From NCBI GenBank assembly GCA_963820525.1, contig CAWGAA010000003.1:544001-608000 (forward strand): 64,000 nt of DNA, read 5' to 3'. Below, piece after piece: positions 28,478 to 38,692 of the stretch. The notes below the pieces were generated by a model, which did no database searches, was not told the DNA's origin, and saw only the letters and a list, made by a program, of their open reading frames with translations. The position numbers and the translations under genes are program-made. Source of the DNA: an uncultured Spirochaetota bacterium (GTDB taxonomy: Bacteria > Spirochaetota > Spirochaetia > SZUA-6 > Fen-1364). The stretch's first letter is position 1. Each line of letters opens with the position of its first letter.

Positions 28478-29221
28478 ATGGCTAGACGGAAGAAAAGGGT
28501 GGAGTGGCCCCATGAGAACCTGGAACGGTGGCTGCTCACCTATGCCGATATGATAACGCTTCTCATGCTGTTCTTCATCGTGCTCTACGCGATGAGCAAC
28601 GTGGACACCGAGAAATACAAGGAGCTCTCCCAGGCGCTCTCCTCCGTTTTCCAGGGCGGCAACTTCACCATCCTCTTCGATCAATCGGCCTCCGGCACCC
28701 CGGGCATCATGGAAGGAGTCCAGCCGGGCAAGCAGGTGGAGTCGAAGAAGACGGGAAAGGTTCTGGGCACGGGGGGAACCTCGTCGCTGATGACGCAGGC
28801 CACCTCGACGCTGCAGAACCTGATAAAGTCGGGCCGGGTCAAGGTGATTCCGACGGAGAGGGGTCTGGCGATATCGCTTGTCTCCGACTTCCACTTCGGG
28901 GTGAGCTCCGCGGAGCTGACCCCCGAATCCATTCCCGTGCTCCAGCAGGTGTCCGATTTCCTCACACAGCTTCCCAACGCCGTCGTCGTGGAAGGCCATA
29001 CGGACAGCGCTCCCGTGGATACCACGAAGTGGTCCTCCAACTGGGAGCTTTCGGCCAAGCGGGCCCTTGCCGTGCTCACGGCCCTTGAAGCCTACGGGGT
29101 TCCCGATTCACGCCTCTCCCTCGCCGCTTATGGCGACACGCGCCCCCTCATGTCCAACGATACTCCCGAGGGAAGGGCGTACAACCGCCGCGTGGACCTT
29201 CTGATCGTGGAGAAGCAGTAA
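28478..29221 (+). CDS. motB: Stator protein MotB with OmpA-like peptidoglycan-binding domain
   Basis: WLLTYADMITLL (ion-binding Asp), EGHTD, NWELSAKRA and NRRVD. Confidence 0.95.
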   Translation: MARRKKRVEWPHENLERWLLTYADMITLLMLFFIVLYAMSNVDTEKYKELSQALSSVFQGGNFTILFDQSASGTPGIMEGVQPGKQVESKKTGKVLGTGGTSSLMTQATSTLQNLIKSGRVKVIPTERGLAISLVSDFHFGVSSAELTPESIPVLQQVSDFLTQLPNAVVVEGHTDSAPVDTTKWSSNWELSAKRALAVLTALEAYGVPDSRLSLAAYGDTRPLMSNDTPEGRAYNRRVDLLIVEKQ

Positions 29222-29272
29222 AGCAGGCGGCCTGGAAAGGGGCCTTCCCCTGCCTTCGGCGTCCGCGCTCTT

Positions 29273-30553
29273 TCAGCGCATCCGCAGGGGGCGATAGGCC
29301 GGCAGCTTCTTTTCAACAAGAGAAAGCTTCAGGCGGGCAAACCTCTGAAGCCCTCCCTCCAGGGGAGCCTCGGGCCAGTCCTCGCCGATCAGCGGCGAGG
29401 CGTAGCGGATGAAATCGTCGGTGACGTCCAGGCCGTCCCTTGAGATCCATGACGCCGGCATGAAGCGCTCGGAGTTGGCCACGCTCTCCAGAGGCACCTT
29501 GTCGAAGCGCGCCTTGTACCGCGGCCCGGGCTCGCGAAGGATCGTGGCCATCCATCCCGTCCCCTCCCCGAGCGCGATCTCCACCGCCTTTTTCCCCGCC
29601 TGGTAGGCTTCCTCGACGTCGACAGGCGATGCGAAGATCGAGACGGATCTCTGGATCACTCCGGGGACCTGCCACGTTGCCTGACCGCGCGACGCCAGGC
29701 CCTTCTCGTTGAGATAGTTGGCAACCACCTGGGCCGCCGACGTCCGGCTGGCCCCATACTCGACGTGGCCGAAGCCGTCGTGCCTCTCTCCCACCCCTCC
29801 AACGTCGAACCCCTCGTTCACCACCACGATGCAGCGGCCCCGGCGCGAAAGCTCGCGGTTGACGTTCTCGCGCAGGCTTTCAAGCGAATGGCGGGACTCG
29901 GCCATGTAGAGCTGGAGCGGCATCCGCCGCTGGGGGTCTCCCAGCCGGGAGGCTGCCGTAATGAAGCCGGATTTCCGTCCCATGGCCTGGAGAACCGACA
30001 CGGGCTCGGAGACGCTCATGCCGCGGTTCTCCTCGTCGATATTCTGGATCAGGTATGCCCAGTAGCGCGCAGCGCTCCCATAGCCGGGAGTGTGATCGAT
30101 GAGCCTGAACTCGCCGTCTCCGATGTCATTGTCGATGGTCTTGGGCACTCCCGTGACCACGAGGTCCACTCCCCGCATGCGGGCGAGCTTGGAGACCTTG
30201 GCAGCCGTGTCCATGGAATCGTTGCCGCCGATGTAGAAAAACCAGCCGATGTCGTGGGCGCGCATCACCTCCACGATGCGCTCGAAATCCTCTGCCTGCG
30301 TGGAGTCCAGCTTGTAGCGGCACGTGCCGATGGCGCCCGCGGCGGGCGTGGAGCGCAAAAGCCCGATCTCCCGCGCGCTGGAGCCGGAGAGATCGGTCAG
30401 CTCCTCCAGGAGAACTCCCTCGATTCCGTGCCATGGGGCGAGCACCTTCCCAATGCGCGCCGGAGAATCGAGGCAGCCCTCGATCACTCCCTGAAGGGAT
30501 GCATTGATGACGGGGGACGACCCGCCGGACTGTGCGACCAGCGCGCTCCTCAC
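29273..30553 (-). CDS. pfp: Phosphofructokinase, PPi-dependent type
   Basis: QSGG, GGNDS (Asp) and PKTIDND (Lys) indicate PPi use; MGR motif present. Confidence 0.85.
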   Translation of the reverse strand: MRSALVAQSGGSSPVINASLQGVIEGCLDSPARIGKVLAPWHGIEGVLLEELTDLSGSSAREIGLLRSTPAAGAIGTCRYKLDSTQAEDFERIVEVMRAHDIGWFFYIGGNDSMDTAAKVSKLARMRGVDLVVTGVPKTIDNDIGDGEFRLIDHTPGYGSAARYWAYLIQNIDEENRGMSVSEPVSVLQAMGRKSGFITAASRLGDPQRRMPLQLYMAESRHSLESLRENVNRELSRRGRCIVVVNEGFDVGGVGERHDGFGHVEYGASRTSAAQVVANYLNEKGLASRGQATWQVPGVIQRSVSIFASPVDVEEAYQAGKKAVEIALGEGTGWMATILREPGPRYKARFDKVPLESVANSERFMPASWISRDGLDVTDDFIRYASPLIGEDWPEAPLEGGLQRFARLKLSLVEKKLPAYRPLRMR

Positions 30554-33369
30554 TCCTTCTTTCCCTTCAGCTTTGCGATATAGAGGTAGGCGGCCAGGTC
30601 GGGATCGATTTTCTCCGCTTTCGCCATCTCGGAGATCCTCTTTCCCAGCTTCCGCTTCTCCTCCTCCTTGGCCGTCGTCACCATCCGGGCGAGATCCTTG
30701 TAGCTGTATTCCTCGCCCTTGCCCCGGCGCGCGAGCAGGGCCGAAAGCCTCTCACGAAGCCTCTCCGGCAGCACCAGCTTGCGCGCCGCGATATCGAGGA
30801 AGAAGGCGATGAGGGCCAGCACCACCAGGAGCGGCCACAGGGGGCTCGGCTCGATCTTCCCACGGGAGGAGCGGATGAAAAGGCCCCGCCACTCGGGAGG
30901 AGCCTGCTCCCGCGCGGAGGCCGGCACCTCGAGGCTGAGGAGCTTGCCCGCCGTGAGGCTCGCCAGGCGCGCGAGCAGGGAGGTGTCGGTTCCCCTGTCC
31001 CTGTACTCATCGGGATAGGAGAGGCTCACCGCAATTGTCCGCGGGGGAAGATCCGCGCGGTTCATGGCGGCAAGGGTCACGGCGTAATCTCCCGTCTTCT
31101 CGGCCTTGAAAGACCCCTCGTAGAGGCCCGGCGCCTTCTGCTGCAGACGGACCTCCTGGCGGTCCCCTCCGGGGTCCAGCACCACGGCGCGCATATCCAG
31201 GCCGTTCACGAAGGCGGACAGAGCGTCGTAGGCATCCACCGATATTTCTCCCCGTCCGGCCTCCAGGCGCACGACGGGGTGCAGCACGTCGAAGGATGTG
31301 GGACGCTGGATCCACCGCACAAGCTGGGCGACGAACCGCGGATAGGCGTCCCAGCCGACCCAGGCCCTCCCCCACTTCCCCTTCAAGTCCGAAGTGAAGG
31401 CGGCGGCCTTCCCCAGGCCGTAGCGCCAGGTGGCGAGCAGGGGCGCGTCGTACAGGGCGGTGAGGCTCTGCTCGGCGCCGCTCTTGAGGTAGGTGAAGAC
31501 AAAGCCGCCCAGGGGCGGCATGCCCGCCAGGGGGACGCCCCGCAGGATCTCGCTCCCCGAGGACGGCTGCGCCAGGAAGCTCTTCTCCACCAGCAGTCCC
31601 CTGCTCACCACCATTGTTTCGGTGACGAAGATCCGCGGCACCGTGGTGGGATCGTTGGTGGCGTAGAAGCGGCCTCCGCCCCACCCGGAGATCTTGGCCA
31701 GCAGGTCCCTGTCGGCATCCTCTCCCACGGCGATGGTCGAGACGGTGATCTTGTCCCGGGCCATGGCCTTGACCTGGCTTTCGAAGTCCGCCCCCTCGGT
31801 GAGGCCGTCGGAGATGACGATGACGTGCTTGGTGGCCGACACAGTCGCGTTGAGCATTCGGTGGGCCTCCTGGAGGGCGGGGAAGAGGACGGTCCCGCCT
31901 CCCGGCACCAGGGTTGAAAGCTCATTGGCCACCTGTTCCTTGTTCTTCGCATCCGTCAGAGGCACCGTCCACTCCACGTCGGCGTCAAAGGCGAGAAGCC
32001 CGACCTTGTCGAAGGGATTGAGCAGGTCCATCGATGCGTATGCGGCGGACTTCACGACGTCGAGCTTCGTCTCTCCCGTGGGAACCTGCCCGGCCATGCT
32101 GCCCGATTTGTCGGCCACGATGATCAAGGTGAGACGCGGCATCTGGATCTGCGCTTTCACGTCCATGTCCACCGGCAGCGCCCGTTCGATCGGCGTCTTG
32201 TAGTAGCCTCCGGCGCCGAAGCTGCTGTCTCCGCCGATCATCAGAAGGCCGCCGCCCAGATCCCTGACGTACTGCTCCACGGTCTCCATCTTCTCGAAGG
32301 ACAGGGAGTAGCCCGGGACATTGTCGAATATAATCCCGTCAAAGGGCACGAAGCCTTCGATGCTGCCGGGAAGCTGGGATGCTTCCCGTTCGACGACGGA
32401 GATCCCCTGGGCCTGGAGGGCGGCAAGCAGGGCGGATGAGGCTCCCCCGCGCTTCGCCACGTAGAGCACGGAAGGGCTCCCCGTGACTTCGACGAACCTC
32501 TTGGCGTGATTGTTCTCCAGGAACTGGTCGTCGGGAGAATCCACGAGGGCCTCGTAGGAATGCAGACCGGGCTCCTTCAGGAGCGCATCCACCGTGATGG
32601 AGCTCTCTCCGGCGTCGAGCGTCCCCTCCCGGCTCGCGATGGGAGCGCCGTCTTGGAGAAGCATGACGCGCGCGGGACCGCGCCTCCTGCTCTTGACCAG
32701 CACGCTCACCTGGTGGGGCTCTCCCGCGCGTACGCGGTCGGGAGCGAGGACCGATTCCGCGGAGACCCCGCTCTCCGAAGCCGGCTGGAAGAGGGGGACG
32801 ACGAAGAGCTCCACTCCGAAGGACCGCGCCAGCGCCGCCGCCTCCAGGGCCCTGCCCCGGTTCTCGTTTCCGTCGCTGAAGAGCACGATCCTCCGGGTGC
32901 CTTCGGCAGGGAGCTCCGCCAGGGCGAGCTGCGTGGCGCCCGCGATGTCCGTGGCTCCCCTGTCGATATCCTCGGCGGGCTCCGGGGGCACGGGCTTTCC
33001 CGGCGCCAGCTCCTCCACCTCGGCGCTGCCGCCGAAGCGAACGAGGATGGCCCGGTCGTCCCGCGACATCCGCGAGCGGACGGCCTCGATCATGGCCACC
33101 GCCTGTCGGCGGGCCGCGTCGCTCACGCTGTCCGATTCGTCCAGGAGGAAGGCCAGGGTGACCCCGCCGGCGGCGCGGGAGACGGCTGGTCCGGCGAGGG
33201 CAAGGACCAGGAGGGTGAGGGCGGCGACGCGGAAGACGAGGAACAGCCTGCGGCGGACGCGGGATAGACCTCCCTCGGAATCCGAGGCGCCGAGGGCGCG
33301 AAACGAAAGCCAGACGAGGGGCGGAATGGCCAGGAGGAGCAGGAGGAAGGCCGGTGACAGGAGCCTCAT
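30550..33369 (-). CDS. Membrane protein with two VWA domains and a glutamine-amidotransferase-like domain
   Basis: MIDAS DESDS and DKSGS, SDGNEN, GGGLLMIGG.SFGAGGY..TPIE..LPV and WRYGLG. Confidence 0.85.
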   Translation of the reverse strand: MRLLSPAFLLLLLAIPPLVWLSFRALGASDSEGGLSRVRRRLFLVFRVAALTLLVLALAGPAVSRAAGGVTLAFLLDESDSVSDAARRQAVAMIEAVRSRMSRDDRAILVRFGGSAEVEELAPGKPVPPEPAEDIDRGATDIAGATQLALAELPAEGTRRIVLFSDGNENRGRALEAAALARSFGVELFVVPLFQPASESGVSAESVLAPDRVRAGEPHQVSVLVKSRRRGPARVMLLQDGAPIASREGTLDAGESSITVDALLKEPGLHSYEALVDSPDDQFLENNHAKRFVEVTGSPSVLYVAKRGGASSALLAALQAQGISVVEREASQLPGSIEGFVPFDGIIFDNVPGYSLSFEKMETVEQYVRDLGGGLLMIGGDSSFGAGGYYKTPIERALPVDMDVKAQIQMPRLTLIIVADKSGSMAGQVPTGETKLDVVKSAAYASMDLLNPFDKVGLLAFDADVEWTVPLTDAKNKEQVANELSTLVPGGGTVLFPALQEAHRMLNATVSATKHVIVISDGLTEGADFESQVKAMARDKITVSTIAVGEDADRDLLAKISGWGGGRFYATNDPTTVPRIFVTETMVVSRGLLVEKSFLAQPSSGSEILRGVPLAGMPPLGGFVFTYLKSGAEQSLTALYDAPLLATWRYGLGKAAAFTSDLKGKWGRAWVGWDAYPRFVAQLVRWIQRPTSFDVLHPVVRLEAGRGEISVDAYDALSAFVNGLDMRAVVLDPGGDRQEVRLQQKAPGLYEGSFKAEKTGDYAVTLAAMNRADLPPRTIAVSLSYPDEYRDRGTDTSLLARLASLTAGKLLSLEVPASAREQAPPEWRGLFIRSSRGKIEPSPLWPLLVVLALIAFFLDIAARKLVLPERLRERLSALLARRGKGEEYSYKDLARMVTTAKEEEKRKLGKRISEMAKAEKIDPDLAAYLYIAKLKGKKE

Positions 33370-35387
33370 CGCCTCTCCCTCACGACAAGGAGCCATTCCC
33401 CGAGGATGACGAGAATGGCGGCCGCGGCGAGCGCCGCCCACAGCGGCGTCAGGGACGTGCCCGACGCCTGCCGCGCGACGGCGGATGAGGCGCCGCGATG
33501 CAGGATGTAGCGGGGCGTGATGTCCGACTCGCCGGCGCTCGACAGCGAGACCGCAAAGGAGTAGCTCCCCGCGCCCGCGGCGGTCGCGGTGTAAAAACCG
33601 ACCTCCGAGGTTTCGCGGAATACCACGGGGGATTCTCCTGCGGGGATCGCCTCCCGCTCCCCGTCCGGGTGCTGGACGATTATGGGCCCCGCGCCGGCGC
33701 CGCCCGGCCCAAGCGCGTCGGCCGGCGCTTCCAGGGCTGCTCCCGCCGGGATCTGTTCGGCATCCGCCGAAAGCCAGCTGGGATAGAACCACTTCAGGGC
33801 ATTGGCGAGGAGGAGGGGAAAGGCCGGGCGAAGCCCCAGGTCCGATGTGTCCAGCGTGAAGCCGAGGAACAGGACCTTCAGGCCTTCGCGCTGATAGCTC
33901 AGCGCCAGGGGATCGTTTCCGGAGAGCAGGAGCGCGGTCCAGCCTCTGGCTTCAACGCGGAGGGCCTTCTCCACCGAGATCGATTGCGCGACGACGGAAG
34001 CGAGAAGCGGGCTTGCGCGGTTAAAGCTCGTCACGGCGGGCCGATCGAGGACTCCCGCCGCGCTCAGGGAGAGGTTCGGCGGAAGGGCTGCGATGAGGAT
34101 GTAGGCGCCCTTCTCCAGGGGAGGCGGCTCAACGCCGTCGAACACCACGACGTCGGACGCCTCGCCGATCGCGGGCGCGGCGGCGGGAAGCGAAGGCGCG
34201 GGCCCCGCGGCGGCGGATGCACCCGGATCGAGAGCCTGCGCATCCTTGGGAGCGACCGTGCTTACGGTGACATTGGGAAGCGCGGAAAGCCCGTGTTCCA
34301 GGAAGAAATCCCCCGGGCCGACCACGACCGCCTTCAGGCGGTGGGCGGGCTCCAGCACGGCGTACGACGTGTTGTCGGCGGCCAGGTCATCCGCAACGCC
34401 GATCTCGGCCACGATCCGTCCGGCCTGATCCGAGGCGGCTCCTTTGCCCGCGGGGCCTTTCCCCGTTGCGCCTTCCCCGCCGGGCGAATACGGCGCGCTG
34501 AAGCCGCGCTCTTCACCCGCGCCCAGAGTGACGTCGGCTCGGTAGATCTCCTCCCCGCCGGCCTTCACGGTAAGGGGAAAGCTCATGGACCCGGTGGAGA
34601 AGTTCCTCACGTCCACGAACATCTCGTAGTCCTCGTCGCCTCCCAGCGTCTTGCGCAGGGCCAGGGCCGTGATCCCCGCGTTCCTCCGGCTCTCCCCCAC
34701 GCGGATGAGGCTGATCCAGGGAGGCCCCTCGTCCAGATCTCCCAGGGTGTCGAAGGCGCCGTCCGTGATCACGATGACGCGGTCGTCCCTCTTGGGATCG
34801 CGAAGCGAAAGGGCGAAGAGCACGCTGTCCCGAAGGTCTCCCGCCTCGTCGGTGGGGCGCGCCGCCTGGATGACGCGCCGCAGGCGCCGGGTATCGTCGG
34901 TGAAGGGCGACAGGAGCCGGGGAGAAAGGCCGGCCCCGATCACGGACATCCGGCTCCCCCGCCTCAAGCCGGGAAGGAGATCCAGCGCCCTGGCCCTGGC
35001 CTCGTCGAATCGGGTGCGCCCTCCTTCACGGCTCTTCATGCTGGCCGTCTGGTCCAGCACCAGGATCACGTTCCCCCTCCCCGAAAGGCTGGACTGGGCC
35101 AGGAGGGGCTGGGCGAGGGCGAAGGCAAGCAGCGCGGCGGCCAGGACCTGTGCAAGGAGCATGAGGCTCCGCAGGATGCTTCGAAGCCTCAAGGTCGTCT
35201 TCTTTTCCCGTACCACCGCCTCCCAGAAGAATAGGGATGAAACCTCCACATCCCTCCAGCGGAGGTTCAGGCTGTGGAGGATGACGATGAGGGGCACGAG
35301 GCCGAGGGCAACGAGCGCCAGGGGGCTTGCGAGGATGAGCCCGAGGGGAGCGGCGAGGGCTTGAGCCGTGATCGCGGATGCGTTCAT
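33366..35387 (-). CDS. BatA-like/VWA domain membrane protein
   Basis: PLIVILH, VSSLFFW, ALAQP, VLDQTASM and ITDG. Confidence 0.85.
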   Translation of the reverse strand: MNASAITAQALAAPLGLILASPLALVALGLVPLIVILHSLNLRWRDVEVSSLFFWEAVVREKKTTLRLRSILRSLMLLAQVLAAALLAFALAQPLLAQSSLSGRGNVILVLDQTASMKSREGGRTRFDEARARALDLLPGLRRGSRMSVIGAGLSPRLLSPFTDDTRRLRRVIQAARPTDEAGDLRDSVLFALSLRDPKRDDRVIVITDGAFDTLGDLDEGPPWISLIRVGESRRNAGITALALRKTLGGDEDYEMFVDVRNFSTGSMSFPLTVKAGGEEIYRADVTLGAGEERGFSAPYSPGGEGATGKGPAGKGAASDQAGRIVAEIGVADDLAADNTSYAVLEPAHRLKAVVVGPGDFFLEHGLSALPNVTVSTVAPKDAQALDPGASAAAGPAPSLPAAAPAIGEASDVVVFDGVEPPPLEKGAYILIAALPPNLSLSAAGVLDRPAVTSFNRASPLLASVVAQSISVEKALRVEARGWTALLLSGNDPLALSYQREGLKVLFLGFTLDTSDLGLRPAFPLLLANALKWFYPSWLSADAEQIPAGAALEAPADALGPGGAGAGPIIVQHPDGEREAIPAGESPVVFRETSEVGFYTATAAGAGSYSFAVSLSSAGESDITPRYILHRGASSAVARQASGTSLTPLWAALAAAAILVILGEWLLVVRERR

Positions 35388-36271
35388 CTGGCGTGCAGGT
35401 GCGCCCCGTGGCGCAGGTACTTCAGCACCAGGTCATCGAAGGGAACGATCGTGCTGGTGCGCAGGTACTCGATCCCGGCCTTCAGGCTGAAGGCCTCCAG
35501 GCCGGAGAGAAACTTCCCCACCCTGTCCCGGTAGGCCGACAGAAGGGGCTTGTCCACCGTGAGCTTCATCATGCGGCCCGTTTCGATGTCCGTGAGCCGC
35601 AGGGTTCCCCCGGTGATGGGCGAGATCTCCTCGCGGTCGAGGACCTGCACGAGGACCACGTCGAACTTCCTGTACAAAAGGGCGAGGAGGCCCCGCTCGT
35701 ACTGGGAGGAATCGATCATGTCCGAGATGACGATGGCGAGCCCCGGCTGCCGGGTGCGAAGGGCATACCCCTCGAGGGATCCCGAAAAATCGGTGGTGCC
35801 GGACGTGGAGATCCGCGACATGTACTCCAGCAGGTGGAAGAGGTGGGGCCTTCCCCGCCGCGGCGCAAGCGCCCCGGAGAGCCCCGCGGCAAAGGTCGTC
35901 ACCCCCACCCTGTCCAGCGAGGTAAGGCCGATGTAGCCGAGGGCGGCCGCCACCCGCCGCGCGTAGTCGATCTTTCGGGGGTCTCCATACCCCATCGAGC
36001 TGCTCGTGTCCAGAAGGATGTGCACGGAAAGGTCTTCCTCCTCCACGAAGAGCTTCACGAACAGCCTGTCGAGGCGGCTGAAGATGTTCCAGTCGATGTA
36101 GCGGAAATCGTCGCCGGGCTGGTAGTCGCGGAAATCCGAGAAATCGGGGCTCGCCCCGTGGGAGGGCGAGGTATGCTCGCCGCGCGCCTGGCCCCGGTAC
36201 AGCCTCCGGGCGACCAGGGAGAGGTATTCGATCTTCGAGAGGAAGTCGTGGTCGAAAAGCTCCCGATCCAT
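35384..36271 (-). CDS. DUF58 domain protein
   Basis: F.DFRDYQPGDDFRYIDWN, LDTSSSM and ISD. Confidence 0.93.
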   Translation of the reverse strand: MDRELFDHDFLSKIEYLSLVARRLYRGQARGEHTSPSHGASPDFSDFRDYQPGDDFRYIDWNIFSRLDRLFVKLFVEEEDLSVHILLDTSSSMGYGDPRKIDYARRVAAALGYIGLTSLDRVGVTTFAAGLSGALAPRRGRPHLFHLLEYMSRISTSGTTDFSGSLEGYALRTRQPGLAIVISDMIDSSQYERGLLALLYRKFDVVLVQVLDREEISPITGGTLRLTDIETGRMMKLTVDKPLLSAYRDRVGKFLSGLEAFSLKAGIEYLRTSTIVPFDDLVLKYLRHGAHLHAR

Positions 36272-37281
36272 CAGGAGGCGGCGCCCCCCGTCGTTTCGGG
36301 AATCCGCTCGAGGAGGTCGTCGATGATGCGTTCGGCGGAGATCCCCTCGGCCTCTCCCTCGAAGTTGAGAAGGATCCTGTGGCGGAGGCTCTGGCGGCAG
36401 ACGGCGCGCACGTCGGCGAGGCTCGCCGCCAGCCTCCCCTCGAAGAGCGCCTTTGCCTTGGCGGCGAGCACAAGGGCCTGGGGCCCGCGCGGGCTCGCCC
36501 CGTAGCGAACGTAGCGATTGGCGAGCTCCGTGCTCTGGGGCCCTCCGGGCCTCGTGGCCAGCGCGAGGCGGATCGCATAATCCGCCACGTGCTCCGCAAC
36601 CGGCACTTCACGGACAAGGGCCGAAAGCTGCCTGACCGTGGCGCCGTCGGCCACGGTGGCAAGCGCGGGCTGGGCCCGGGTGGTGGTCTTCTGCACGATG
36701 GAGGCCATCTCCGCGGCGGAGGGATACGACAGGGTGAGCTTGAAGAAGAAGCGGTCCAGCTGGGCCTCGGGCAGGGGGTAGGTTCCCTCCATCTCGATGG
36801 GGTTCTGGGTGGCGAGGACGATGAACGGGGCATCCAGGCGGTAGGTCGTGCCCCCCGCCGTCACCGTGCGTTCCTGCATGGCCTCAAGCAGCGCGGACTG
36901 GGTCTTGGGCGTTGCCCTGTTGATCTCGTCGGCAAGGACGATGTTGGCGAAAACGGGCCCGGCCTGGAAGCGCACGATTCTCTTGTTCTCCTCGTCCTGG
37001 ACAAGAACGTTGGTGCCCACGATATCGGCGGGCATGAGATCGGGGGTGAACTGGATCCGCGACGACTTGAGGTCCAGCACCTGGCCCAGGCACTTGATCA
37101 GAGTGGTCTTTCCCAGACCCGGCACTCCCTCCAGCAGGGCGTGACCCTCGCTGGCAAGGCAGATGAGGATCCCTTCAATGATGTCCTCCTGCCCGACGAT
37201 CACCTTGGACACCTCGGCCTTGATGCTCTCGATGACCTGGCGAGCCCACGCCGCCTTTTCCCGAACCTCCACCGTTTCCAC
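36271..37281 (-). CDS. moxR: MoxR family AAA+ ATPase
   Basis: GVPGLGKT, RIQFTPDLMPAD, DEINRA and ATQNPIEMEGTYPLPEAQLDRF. Confidence 0.96.
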   Translation of the reverse strand: METVEVREKAAWARQVIESIKAEVSKVIVGQEDIIEGILICLASEGHALLEGVPGLGKTTLIKCLGQVLDLKSSRIQFTPDLMPADIVGTNVLVQDEENKRIVRFQAGPVFANIVLADEINRATPKTQSALLEAMQERTVTAGGTTYRLDAPFIVLATQNPIEMEGTYPLPEAQLDRFFFKLTLSYPSAAEMASIVQKTTTRAQPALATVADGATVRQLSALVREVPVAEHVADYAIRLALATRPGGPQSTELANRYVRYGASPRGPQALVLAAKAKALFEGRLAASLADVRAVCRQSLRHRILLNFEGEAEGISAERIIDDLLERIPETTGGAAS

Positions 37282-37282
37282 C

Positions 37283-38692
37283 TCACCTCCCTTGCCTGTC
37301 GTTTGCCATCATCCCGATGCTCATGAAGTAGCGCTTCACGGAGTCCCTCAGGGTCGACGGGACCTCTTCCCGCGTCAGGGCCGTTTCGGCGCTGCGGCGA
37401 TACTCCTGCAGTGCCTCGTCGGCGGCGGCGGAAGATCTCCTGCCGACCTTGGGAAGCGCCCGCATCAGCATCTGCGCGGACCCTCCCTTTCCCACCTCGG
37501 CCTGCGCTTTCATCTCCTCTGCGGAGCTGGAGCGCGAGAACTCGGCAGGCGGGCCCTTGACGTCGGGAACCGCCATGGTCCCGGGCTTGGAGCCGTCGCC
37601 CTTCTGCTCGGCCCCTCCCTGAGCCCCGCGGTCGGCAGATTGGTCCGTCTCCCTTCCGCCGAAATCCGGCGGGGCAATCCGCCCGCTCGATCCCCGGGTA
37701 TCTCCGGCGGAGGGCTTGCCGGAGCGGTCCCCTGTATCTCCGGTCTGCGGGACGCCCCGCGAAGAGTTCTTATCCGCCAGCATGTTCAGAGTATCCCCGA
37801 GCTGCTTGGTCTCCTGGTCCGACTCAGCCCGCTCCTGGGTGCGCTTGCCTCCCTGCCCCGCTTTTTCCAGCTCGGACTCGGAGGAGGGCTGCTTGCCTGC
37901 CTCGCCGCCCTCCAGGCCTTCGCCCGACCCGCTTCCCTGCCGAAGCTCATAGCTCCTGATCTTTGCCTCATATTCGGCCGCCAGCCTGTTCTCCAGCTCC
38001 TGCATGCGGTCGGTCGCCTCCCCCTGATCGACCTTCTCGTGCTGGAAAGCCCTTCCCAAGCGCTGCAGCTCCTGGGACAGCTGGAGGCTCCGCGGGAGGT
38101 TTTCCTCCTGCGCCTTCGCCTGAAGCTTCCTGCCGTAGCTTTCAAGCTCTTCGCCGATCGACTGGACCGCGGGGTCCGACTGCCCCTTGGATGAGAACAG
38201 CGCGGCCAGATCCACGGGGATGACGGAGAGCAGAACGGCTCCCGCCAGAAGGAAGGGCAGGAAAAAAAGCGTCGGCATCCGCGGGCGCCCCAGAATACGC
38301 GCCGCGGGAGTCGTGGAGAGGGAACGCGCCGCATCCTCGATGATGGCCTCGGAGAACAGGCTCTCCTTGGACCTGACGGCCAGCTCGTATGCGGTGCTGG
38401 AAAGCTCCCTGTTTCCCAGGAACCGGTCCGCGTGGATCAAGAGCCCGCGGACGTCGAGCCTCGGGAAGAGCGCCGAGAGCGCGCCGGCGGCGGCGCCCGC
38501 GGCAGCGGCGAGCCCCAGGAAGCTGATGGGAGCGATCGGCGGGGGCATCAGATCCGAGACGAAGGCGTAGAGAAGGCCGGCGAGGAGCCCGCCAAAAAGG
38601 CCCCACGAAAGGCGGGACAGCAGGATATTCAGCCGCGCGCGGCGCGAAAGCGCGCGTGTTTTAAGGCGAAAGGTCTCCCGTGGTGTCGACAT
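37283..38692 (-). CDS. Membrane protein with coiled-coil and Gly-rich C-terminus (MoxR-cluster associated)
   Basis: N-terminal TMs, helical charged region, and C-terminal VP..LRDSVKRYF. Confidence 0.7.
   Translation of the reverse strand: MSTPRETFRLKTRALSRRARLNILLSRLSWGLFGGLLAGLLYAFVSDLMPPPIAPISFLGLAAAAGAAAGALSALFPRLDVRGLLIHADRFLGNRELSSTAYELAVRSKESLFSEAIIEDAARSLSTTPAARILGRPRMPTLFFLPFLLAGAVLLSVIPVDLAALFSSKGQSDPAVQSIGEELESYGRKLQAKAQEENLPRSLQLSQELQRLGRAFQHEKVDQGEATDRMQELENRLAAEYEAKIRSYELRQGSGSGEGLEGGEAGKQPSSESELEKAGQGGKRTQERAESDQETKQLGDTLNMLADKNSSRGVPQTGDTGDRSGKPSAGDTRGSSGRIAPPDFGGRETDQSADRGAQGGAEQKGDGSKPGTMAVPDVKGPPAEFSRSSSAEEMKAQAEVGKGGSAQMLMRALPKVGRRSSAAADEALQEYRRSAETALTREEVPSTLRDSVKRYFMSIGMMANDRQGR

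Noticed and set aside
27668..29221. Zorya-type anti-phage ZorAB
   Set aside because: MotA is of normal length without a long cytoplasmic tail, and no ZorC/D/E-like nuclease or helicase is adjacent.
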